Shown in pieces: positions 25,201-35,337 of a DNA stretch of 64,000 bases. The first letter of the stretch is position 1, and each line of letters opens with the position of its first letter. Position numbers and translations under genes: made by a program. This stretch comes from Antedon mediterranea (lineage: Eukaryota > Animalia > Echinodermata): the NCBI RefSeq assembly GCF_964355755.1, contig NC_092671.1:13392001-13456000 (forward strand), given 5' to 3'. Under the pieces are notes generated by a model, which did not search any database, had not been told where the DNA came from, and saw nothing but the letters and a program-made list of their open reading frames with translations.

Positions 25201-25915
25201 ATTTATTTCAACAAGTTCAACTCCAAACGAACAATTTGACCATGTTATCATGGCTGCCAGTTTGGACTCTATTCAGAATATCCTAAAATCCACAGAAAAA
25301 CAATATCATGATAATGAACAAATAAGGAATAAAATTAACTGTTTGCTAAGAAAAGTCGGAAAATTACCCATGTCACCACCGTATAAAGTAATGCGTGTAT
25401 GGTTTGACAAACAATTACAAAATAAACCAGAGATTTTAGAAACACCACATCATCATCCAATTAATCTGATTGTTCAGTATAATCTATTGGAAGAAACATA
25501 TGCCGAATGGGCAAATAGGACTGGTGGGTCTGTTTTAGAATTCCATTTATATACGTGGAGTTACGGAGACGTTTCAGACGACAGAGTCTGGGATTTAATC
25601 CGACCAACAGCAGAAGAAATATATCCAGATATAAAAGATTTTAAAATTTTAGCCTACCATGTACATTCTGCAAACGATTTTCCTTCGTTTGAAATCAATA
25701 CACATCAGTTCCGACCTACTGTAACTTATCCAAAAGAGTGCGAATTGCCGAATCTGTCTTTTGCTGGTGATTGGCTGTACACTGATTTCCCATCGGCACT
25801 GATGGAAAGAGCTGTTACCACTGGCAGGCAAGCAGCAAATCATGTATTATTGTCAGAAGGTGTTAGGCAGTCAAACATTGTATCTATCAATTTGGACGGA
25901 CCAGGAATTGTGTAG
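22243..25915 (+). CDS. FAD-dependent oxidoreductase resembling CrtU/CruE (isorenieratene / carotenoid phi-ring synthase-like); 8 exons, ~528 aa, N-terminal signal anchor
   Basis: Exons 22243-22276, 22537-22653, 23282-23437, 23729-23881, 24037-24159, 24382-24530, 24673-24758, 25147-25915; 1587 nt, all GT-AG, no internal stops. Hydrophobic N-terminus MRNRTICILAIVILWFSWVAFPRP; Rossmann motif VLVIGGGLAGLSAALELSERG...E...GGRL; ETGFHAWFNNY; SAAEML; C-terminal FAGDWLYTDFPSALMERAVTTGRQAANHVL. The ALMERAxxTGxxAAN and GFH-x-[FW]F motifs are characteristic of CrtU/CruE as I recall them. Confidence 0.88.
22998..23156. mobile_element. Palindromic MITE (PIF/Harbinger-like) with TAA target-site duplication, in intron 2 of the CrtU-like gene
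   Basis: taa|AGCCGATTTTCCACTAGGCGAATTTGTT...AACAAATTCGCCTAGTGGAAAATCAGCT|taa; about 70 bp of imperfect inverted repeat. Confidence 0.85.
24932..25103. mobile_element. Degenerate Tc1/mariner-type MITE (CAGTAGAATCC...GGATTCT termini)
   Basis: Decayed inverted ends; the internal motif gtccccttaatagg is shared with a related copy at 54541-54626. Confidence 0.5.
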
Positions 25916-26754
25916 TTTTTAAAATTAATAATGTATGCAGATGTTTTCTATTATAATGCCACCACTTGTATTACACATTGTGCTAACACAATGGTATTAC
26001 TTAAGGTCAATAACGTTAAGATTATATATAATGCTTTAGTATTGTGTTAAAAATGTCTAAATATGATCAAAACAATGAATAATGCAATCAATTATTTTAA
26101 AGAAAATCCTAATTTTATTTTCTTTATTTTCATATTGCATCCTTACCATTTCCATCATTATTGTTTAAAATGGGGAAAATACAATGAGCGAGTTGATATT
26201 GCTAATACTATAGCTGTTTAATTCACAATAAAATATCAAATCCAATATCCTATTTGAATTAAAATGAAGATTTATATGCCATATACCACGCCGTGTTTCC
26301 TAGTAAAAAAACACAACTTGCATAATCAACAAGCACAACGCAAGTACTAAGGAATTAATGAGTGAGGTATAAACCAGTAACAATATGAGAATGCATTACG
26401 AGCTTATAATAACATCTTAATCCAAATGTATGCTTACAATTCGTGAAGCGTCAAATTGAAAGCTCACAATTGAATCCCCGGATAAATTATTATGAAATGC
26501 TTCAGTTGTAAATTCAACTCGTAAACGTAAAGAAACTCAATACCGGTAAACTATATTCAAACTCAACCAAAGGTGTTCTTTAATTGGAAAGGTTGGAGTG
26601 TTATGATGCTTGGCTACTACTCTAGTGGTCCTGAGTTCAAGTCCGGTCACATGTCAGGATTTTTTCTAAGGACAAAACTACAACTCCACTCTCAAAGACT
26701 TGTAATAAGACTTTGTTTATGTGAATCTTGTGTATATGTCTGCTGGTTGAACCA

Positions 26755-27493
26755 CCCGTTTATTCTACCATATTTATTATATTGCAACATTATTTGGGCA
26801 GCCGATTACCCTTCAAATCTACACAAAATTCTTATATTACAAAAATGTGTCGTTCGCTTAATAACTTTTTCGCCATTTAGAACGCCCTCTGAACCTCTAT
26901 TTAAGAAGTTAAACATCGTAAAAATTAATGACCTTCACACAATTCAAGTTACTTCATTTATGTTTCAGTATGTCAATAATTAATTGTTAACTATATCGAT
27001 TTCAATGTTTTTTTCTAATCGTTTATTACTCCATACTTATAACATAAGGAAACCTAATTTATTATTTGTCCCCTTCGTAAGACTGAGGAAAAGCCAATTT
27101 TTCATTACTTTTTCAGGTCCCACTCAATGGAATAACCTAGATACAGCCACTATTAACGTTAAATCAATTAAACTTTTTAGAAGAAATATGAAAATGCAAT
27201 GTTTATCAAAGTATCAGTCAGATGACTGATAATTATTTGCGCAATCTTTAGTTTTTTAGTATTTTATATTGGTTTGTTTTCTTTTTTGTTGTTGTTGCTT
27301 TTTGTTTGTTTTTTATTTGGGGTCATTGAGACAAGTATTTTTACTTCTAATCTTGATCCCCTATTTATGGTCTTTTGTTTATCATTAATTGATTATATTG
27401 TATGTATTTTGTTTACATCTGTATTGTTATACATTAATGTATTAATTTGACCATATTTACAAATAAATATATTGAAAACTCAAAACTCAAACT
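26755..27493 (+). mobile_element. 5'-truncated non-LTR retrotransposon (CR1/L2-group, Crack/Daphne-like), ORF2 C-terminal fragment plus 3' UTR; inactive
   Basis: PYLLYCNIIWA...LHKILILQKCVVRLIT...SEPLFKKLNI...FMFQYVNN*...HTYNIR...FSGPTQWNNL is the typical post-RT tail of this LINE group. In-frame stop at 26981-26983; T-rich 3' UTR; AATAAA followed by a tandem (AAACTC)n tail at ~27462-27493. Confidence 0.85.
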
Positions 27494-27598
27494 AATTAAT
27501 ATGGTAAAACAAACAAAAGTTGTAGTAACTGTCATAGGAAAGATCTGGGTACGACCAAATAACTTAATAAACATACTAATATGCTATACTAAAGAAGC

Positions 27599-27692
27599 GG
27601 CCCAAATATAGTAGTGATATGACATCATGTCCATACTAAATGGGCGCATCACATTTTTTTGTCACAAAAAGTTTGATAGTGTCGACAGAGCT
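27599..27692 (-). mobile_element. MITE family 1, partial copy
   Basis: Reverse complement of the left half of 2004-2163, ending ...agtttgatagtgtcgacagagct. Confidence 0.7.
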
Positions 27693-28306
27693 TACGTGGA
27701 TAATCTTTATAATGATCTTCAAAACGTGCTCTAATATGTAACATTGCTATTAGTATTATGAAATGGGGCCTGCCTCGATGCCGGCCTCGATGAGTCAAAT
27801 GGGAGAGAGGCAACATCCGGCTTTTTGGTTGTATTTGCAATAAATATTTTTTATAATAAAAAGTTTTTTACCAATTGTTTATAAAGAAATATCTTTTCGA
27901 TAGCATAGTCACTAATTTTAGCGCGATATTTCGTCTATCACAGTGCTTTTACTGAAGTACATAACGTATTATGGTGGTTGGTGTTATTTGCTCTTTGAGC
28001 TATCGCCCTCTTGGGTGTATCTGAAAAGTACCCACTAATAAGGCCGCCCGTCATTCGCCCTACTGCTGGCTTTGATTGTACAGTATTTCATAACCCTCGT
28101 CATATTTGTTGAACTCAAGGATGTGGGATTTAAATAATTAAGTATAATATACGTCTCATATCTAACAAAGAAGGTAAATAACTTCGCACTAGTGGAGCAT
28201 ATCACTCGCCGTTGTGCTTAATCCTCTGATTCAGGCTTCACAGCGAATGAATTAATTTTCTGCTGAATCTAGAATTGTTGTCGGTAATACCGGCGTAGAG
28301 TGAAGG

Positions 28307-31300
28307 ATGATAGCGCTACTGGTCAAATGGAGAGTACCTTTAGTAATATCAACAATTGCAATCATTATTACAATGTTATCAATAGATACATTTAATCCAG
28401 GTAAGATGTTAAGTTATATTTTTTTATATATAGGCCAATATTTATTTTATTTAAGATCATAATGTATATAAACGCAACTACAACATTAACATTATGCCGT
28501 ATTTCCGTTGGGAATTATATACAATAATACAGAAATGCAAAATTGCTTACATTTATGGTTGAGCCGTTGAATGTTCAAAGTATACTTTCAAAATTATAAA
28601 TATGATACGTAAGTATAAGGCCATATTACCCCCATACATACATGTGCCAAACCTCGAGCCTACGTCATAACCTATAAAAGACTGTTCCCGGTCATCTAGC
28701 ATTGAATTCCCTGCGGTGGATTTTTTTTTGCCGGGGTGTGCTTGCTACACCGTGGAGAATGCTATTAGTGTTACTGAAGAATATTTGTTAATTTTGTTTA
28801 ATCTCAATCATGCGGTTGATAAAGGAACCGTAGACTAATAGCCTTACTTCACAATTAATCAGACCCCGTACACATATTGCCACAATACTAACAAGAAATA
28901 TCGCCAGTGGATGTGGTTGCATGATATTATTGTCACTAAAAGATTGTATAATCAAGACATCGGATGTGGTAGGCTTATCATTTTAATCGGAGTGGGGGTT
29001 GCTGATCCGAACGACCCCCACATCGGGCCCCACATTCATGATTGTAACAATACATGTCGGTCATTACATGATACTAATACTGTCAATAAAGATAATTATG
29101 CGATATACCTATACAGTCTACTTTACACCTCAGATACGTGTGGAGTAGGCGTAGGCCTACGTACACTAAACACATAAACTTTACGATGTACGGAAACATA
29201 TTTTTCTATGAAAATTGTATCATGTTATCTATCACCATAGGGAATTCCCCTTTAGGTGTATATATCAACCAGAGTCGCTACAATCACTGTACAACGACTA
29301 TTGATGAGTTAGTTGTTTACAATTCAATTCTGACAGTTATCCTTCCGGTTTAACCACCGTATTCAGTTAATATATCGATTAGTTAGAGATTTATAAATGA
29401 AAAGCAACGAAGATCAACAATCGATCAATATCCGGTGATCAATAAAGGAATCGGGTTGTTGACAGGATTATGGAAGGTTCATTGTACACTAATAATATCA
29501 CAGTAATCGATAACATATCAGTATTTACTCAACACTTAGCACAATTAGCCTAGGTGTATTGAAAATGTATGATAAAATTATTATCTTAGGCCTGTATAAT
29601 TCTACTGTACACACGGATACTGATAATACTATTTAAACTTAATAATATAATATAAAATAATTGGTTTCAATTAAATCAATTTTCCACCACTAGGCCTACT
29701 TATGTAATAATTATTACTAATAGGCGGGTAATAGGCCTAAAATAAATGGAGGTTAAATTTTGATTGACGACGCTGAAAAAATGTTAAGAATATGGTGTGA
29801 ATGATGGCCATCCTGTTTATTATTTTAACTTTATACAAAGTACTTTTCTCGGTCTCGACGCGAACGCACGGCTGGTATTAATCGCCCGAACAGCAGGTTG
29901 TGTACTCAAATAAAGGAACAAAATGAACACAAAATCATCGTCCATACATATTTTAAGAATCATAATTCTTTTTGTTTTATAAATAACTTATGAGGTTACG
30001 ATTGCATATGGCGTTGCATACCAACCCAACAGTGTGTTCATTAATCTGTCGCTTTACCTTCGTCGTTCGGTGTAGGTACATTTTAATAAATTCTAAATGA
30101 ACAGAAGTAAAGTTTCTCTTAAATAATTATGATTATATGGATTACAGTACGCCGAGCTTTGGCCCCTGAAGTAGGGCGAGAGACGGCAATTTTGGCTATT
30201 TTAAAACGGCTTCGTGACATCTTTTACGTGTCATATTCAAGTTAAAATATGATTATAAGCTGACATATCTTAACGACCACCTTCCAAGAACAGTTGTTCA
30301 TCTATTATTAGATTGGTGAATATATAGGCCTAATACAAGATCCTGTTCACACTACAACGATGATATGGCTTTGTTTTAAAGGTATATTCTTCTCTTTCAT
30401 GAATCATGGACGATTGTGTGGGTTAAATATGAGATTCAAACTAAGAAACTCTGAATACGATTCGAAAGAGTGCTAAACAAATAGGCCTATTATCGTATAA
30501 TAGAAGTTACCATCTTTGACATAATATCAAATATTCTTTATTCATCGTCATTATCACAAATATACAAAGAAAAAAAACTTAAAACAGATGAAAAACCTTA
30601 AAGTTACGATAAAAAGTCAACACGACATTAGTTATTTCTAGATGCAGGTGATATATTCTGACATTTATGCCAACATTTTACCTCACACCTAAAAAAACAA
30701 TGAGTAGGATATATATGCAGCAGAAGAAGATAGAGGGTGCACGACATATGCACGACAATTGTCTGCATAGTCATTTTTCTCAATAGATTCGTTTTACCCC
30801 AGTATTAATCGTTTTCGGATGACTCGAAACTTTGGTGTGACATCGCATGACCTTGGATGTCTCCTCTCGATATCGGATTCATACCCAGACTATTCTCGGA
30901 AATAATTTACGAAAACCCCACAATAGCAAACTCAACACAAAGTATCACCACACAATATGTACCGTAAGTGATTATATTTCGTACCGCACAGGTGGGAGGC
31001 CAAGAGAAGATTACCTCATCAAAAACCGATCATTTGCCTCTCAAAAGACTCGTTCGATCAAAAAGAAAAGGCTAACATTTTGATGATTTTATATCAGTAT
31101 TCCTGTGCGTATTTCACTGAGCCCAGTGGGTGTAATTCACTTTGTCGTTTTAAATTATAAACATATTCAGAGAGTGACTATAAATTATATTTTAGGAGTA
31201 AAATTCTGGCGGTTTAATGTTTCAATGTTAAAATGCAACAGCCTATCATCATGAAATAGTTTAACAGTAAAAAGGTAAGCGGAGTTTTGGAGGTTTCCTT

Positions 31301-34300
31301 TGTTTTTACATTATTTTTTTCGATCTACTGTCCCACAGGTTCTTAAAACTACAATATGATTCTAGATACTCAAACAAATTATTCTTAAAATTCAACGAGT
31401 CTTCCATGAAAACTGGTTTACTGAGAGATAATATATCAAAATTTAATTCAACTTTATCATAACCAATCACCTAATATTTTCACATTAAAATTAAAGGCCT
31501 ATATTACGTGGCACACGCTCAACAAATCAATATAGGTGAACCCAGAACAAAAGTAAAAGAATTAAGATAGAAGCATAGACCTATACGATTTAGGACTATT
31601 AAAATCCCATGGTTGTAGGCCAATTTCCTGTACCGTATCAGTGTTATAAGCCTACTGAACGCATAAAACTGACAGGTACAGTAGAATTGTAGATATTCGT
31701 CACATTGAAAATTGAATGGTAGTGAAACCTTTAAATCTATTGACCAGCCACTGCTGGTATTATTGCCATTATATAGGGCTAACATAAAACAACAATTAGC
31801 AGATAGTTAAATAAACCTTCAGAAACAGTGAAACTGTATAGAAATAGAAGGACTCATTAGTGAAATGTCTAAAATTGTGCCATTGTGTCCCTCGAAGAGC
31901 GACTCAAGTAATGTGTGAGCGTTCAGTGGGCGCCAGAAATTAGAAAATATAATTCAATATTTATTGGCGATTAATATCGCGTTTCGTATCGTCCAAGTTC
32001 GCGGAATAAATGAGTCACTTTGTAACTTTATGTCCAATAGAAGGTTAAGCTCTAAAAAAACCAACGGCGCTAACCTTTGCTTGCCAATCTGGAACGAATT
32101 TATTTTCCATTGGTCATAAATCCCGTAGAACGAAAAAGACAAATTAACGATCTGTACAACACAATACAGCACTATCTCAATATAAACTTTGAATTTCATT
32201 TGCGACAATAAAATGGAATGGTAATGATGTATTTTATACCTAAATAATTGACTTTTTTTAGAAAGCATCAAGGGTAAACGTGTACTGATCACGGGAGGCA
32301 GTAGTGGTATCGGTGAAGCAGTGGCTTATAAGTTTTGCAGCTTAGGAGCAAAAGTGTTGCTGACTGCTCGTGGCGAAGCAAGATTACAAGAAGTAAAGTT
32401 ACATTCACCCTTGTTCCGGAACGGAAGACGGCGCCGTTTTGTAGAAAACCATCGTCTTTCGTTCCGTGAAACGCAGCAATTGTCCAGTTAGTTTGAATTA
32501 ATATACTGTGCCAATTTATAAATCAGATTAATGATTTCTGTTATTATTATGCAGGAAAATATTTATTTATAAAAGTTGAGGAAAAAAGGAATGTTTTTAC
32601 TTTAATATTCGTAAATAAAGTTTAGTCATCGGTGGTTATTTTTTTGTCCAAGAACAAGATGGAAAATGTCCAGACCTCAGAAGCAAGGGTCATTTAAAAC
32701 AAATAATTGTTATTGTGTGATGGCCAGTGTCATGTTTACACGGTCCCAGTAATTTTATCATGCGTATAATTCTTTTTCATATTTGAAGGCTGTAAAACAA
32801 TGTAAAATACTGGGCGCCGAAGCTGCGTATTACCTACCGCTTGATATGGCAATACCAAACAACACGAGAAAATTAGTAGACGAAGCTGAAAGAAGATTTG
32901 GCGGCATCGACTATCTTGTCTTAAATCACGTCATACCATACAAATTTGAATTCTGGGAAGGGGACTTGGAATACCTTGACCGAACTATGACGGTAAACTT
33001 CGCAGCGTATGTTGCGTTGGCAACGTTTGCAACACCGGTTCTTCATCGGAGCAAAGGGAGGATAGTGGTTGTATCGTCATTATCTGGTGATTACATTTCT
33101 ATGAAAATATTAAATTATTAATGATATGCACAACAGGTTGTTGGCTCCCATATAATCTGTTTAAGCCAGAGTCTAGACTACTAAAGCTTGGTTCCCACTA
33201 GAACGTAACGCAAGGACGTAAACGCAACGCAAGCGTTTTAACCAATGTCAAGCGAAGTTATATACAGTTAGCAATCACAAGCGAATAAGCCATCGCTTGT
33301 GATTTTGGTCAATTCACTTGCGTTGCGTTACGTCCTTGTGTTGCGTCGCTAGTGGGAACCAAGCTTTAGAAACCAATCTTACTGCTTGAAGATACAGATG
33401 TACAAACTATACAACGCATATGATATGTAGTGCACCTCTATAGCTTGGTTCCCACTAGAACGTAACGCAAGGACGTAAACGCAACGCAAGCGTTTTAACC
33501 AATGACAAGCGAAGTTATAGACAGTTAGCAATCACAAGCGAATAAGCCATCGCTTGTGATTGGTTAATTCACTTGCGTTGCGTTACGTCGTTGTGTTGCG
33601 TCGCTAGTGGGAACCAAGCTTATGGTGAAACTGCAGTGACAAATGCATGTAAATTGGTTTACTTTACAAGTGGGTGGTATTTATATATTGTACTACGATG
33701 ATAATACATAATATAACCTTTAATCTTTTACCATGTTTACAGGAAAGGTACCACTTCCGCGTGTAGCCGCATACAGCGCATCTAAGTTTGCTATAAATGG
33801 GTTTTTTGGTGCATTACGTCAGGAGCATAAAATGAAAGGAATTGACGTATCTGTGACGCTTTGCATTATAGGTAAAAATATTTTTTGACATTCACTGCAC
33901 ATTAATCATTTTGATGACGATAGTGATACTGATAATGATTATTGATATGGCAATGACAATTGATGATAATGATGATGGTGATAATGACGCCACCCAGTAA
34001 TAGTGACAATGATGACGGTGATGATAATAGTATGATAACAGACAATGACGACACAGTAACTATAACTATAATTACACTATACTATCCTACTATAGTACTA
34101 TACAGTAATACATTTCTGAAACTTACAACATAAACTATTTTCTCTAGGTCCTGTCGCAACCGAATCAGCACTGACAAGTTCCGCCGGTTTCGTTGATAAA
34201 CGCATCTTTTTCACGTCATCTTCTGATACAGCGTATAAGATCGTAGAAGCAGGTAATTTACGATGGCGTGAGATTCATTATCCAAAGTCTTTAACGATAT

Positions 34301-34377
34301 TGCCGGTACTACTGCGGGATATTGCACCCTGGTTCACCGAATGGTGCACATCATTAAGTAGTGCAGCGAAAACATAG
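28307..34377 (+). CDS. HSD11B1L: Hydroxysteroid 11-beta-dehydrogenase 1-like short-chain dehydrogenase/reductase; 5 exons, ~293 aa
   Basis: Exons 28307-28400, 32262-32392, 32789-33086, 33743-33871, 34148-34377; 882 nt. N-terminal signal anchor followed by [23 protein letters not shown] (TGxxxGxG), LTAR (NADP preference), [10 protein letters not shown] (family-typical LNH), VVSSLSG and catalytic YSASK. Confidence 0.9.
33185..33365. mobile_element. Palindromic MITE family 3, copy 1 (TIR AGCTTGGTTCCCACTAG)
   Basis: About 50 bp of imperfect inverted termini; near-identical to 33442-33620; a decayed third copy lies at ~43530-43659. Confidence 0.85.
33442..33620. mobile_element. Palindromic MITE family 3, copy 2
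   Basis: tat|AGCTTGGTTCCCACTAG...CTAGTGGGAACCAAGCT|tat; same orientation as copy 1, 76 bp downstream. Confidence 0.85.
33912..34075. repeat. Degenerate (GAT/GAC/AAT)n trinucleotide low-complexity tract
   Basis: gatgacgatagtgat...gatgataatgatgatggtgataatgac in HSD11B1L intron 4. Confidence 0.7.
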
Positions 34378-34556
34378 CAGTTCTATGGTGCGAAATATTG
34401 CACCCTGGTTCACCGAATGGTGCACATCATTACGTAGAGCAGCGAAAACATAACAGTTCTATGGTGCGGGATATTGCACCCTGGTTCACCGATTGGTGCA
34501 CATCATTAAGTAGAGCAGCGAAAACAACAGTTCTATGGTGCGGGATATTGCACCAT
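34313..34556 (+). repeat. ~75-bp minisatellite (3 full units plus a partial unit) overlapping the HSD11B1L C-terminus and stop codon
   Basis: Unit tgcgggatattgcaccctggttcaccgaatggtgcacatcattaagtagtgcagcgaaaacatagcagttctatgg starts at ~34313, ~34389, ~34465 and ~34539. Confidence 0.92.
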
Positions 34557-35060
34557 GGTTTATTGAATGATGCATATTTTTAAGCAAATTGAATTTCTAG
34601 TTTTGTGCCTTGTAACTAAATTAGAGTTTCCATTGTATGTAATATTTATACACTACCCACCAAAAACCAATGTTTTTTTTTATAAAACTTTAAAAAATTA
34701 TTTGCATTGTGACAATGAGTGTGGAATTTTAACAAGTAATCTTGTTGAATCACTTAACAGTAAACCCTGTATAGTTCAGGTGTGTAAATTACTAATGATT
34801 TTTGTACAAAAAATGAACAATATTTTATAAATAAAATTGTGCAAGGAATTACTGTACATTGTTTTTTTTACCACATTGACTTATTTTCAACGAGAGCATC
34901 AATGACGCAATACACAGTTAAAGCGCAGCTGCCGAAAGTGTATATTACGATAGATACAACAAGTTGTGAAAACGTTTATTTCATAGTTTACCAAACCCTT
35001 GCTGACAAATCGTTTCATACTGTAATTGTTGTAGGTGCAATAATACCTTGTTCCAACAAA

Positions 35061-35135
35061 TGGCTGCCGTGGGTCCGTAGAGGACCTAATCCGAATCTCC
35101 TCAGTTTCCAGTTAAGCTTGAGGACAAATATGAAT
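35061..35135 (+). repeat. Dispersed repeat (probable SINE/LINE 3' end), also at 38588-38650
   Basis: tggctgccgtgggtccgt-gagg-cctaatccgaat-tcctca...tgaggacaaata is present in both places and is followed by simple-repeat tails. Confidence 0.6.
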
Positions 35136-35337
35136 ACCTTTACCTTTAGTCTAAAAAGTCTCACTTCATAGTACAGTATTGGGTTTTTCAATAAACCAGA
35201 AATTGTGAACTGTTGAACTGTTACAAACCAAGATATACATTTTTTATTTTTTTTTTAAACTTTGGATGAATTTATACTTTTGTGTAGGAAATTATTCAAA
35301 TTGTAAAAACAAAATATGTATAAAATACGAAATACAT

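Noticed and set aside
22243-25915. Bacterial contamination as the source of the CrtU-like sequence
   Set aside because: It has seven spliceosomal introns, intronic host MITEs and host-like base composition, and is contiguous with metazoan genes.
26573-27229. 136-aa and 81-aa ORFs as a host gene
   Set aside because: They are a stop-interrupted LINE ORF2 tail fused by chance to upstream SINE-like sequence.
28911-32292. Several 70-112 aa ORFs in HSD11B1L intron 1 (and similar short ORFs across the window)
   Set aside because: They have no recognisable motifs or splice support and have the composition expected of chance ORFs in AT-rich intronic DNA or antisense to real exons.
34313-34556. CRISPR-like array
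   Set aside because: The units are contiguous tandem copies with no unique spacers, the context is eukaryotic and there are no cas genes.
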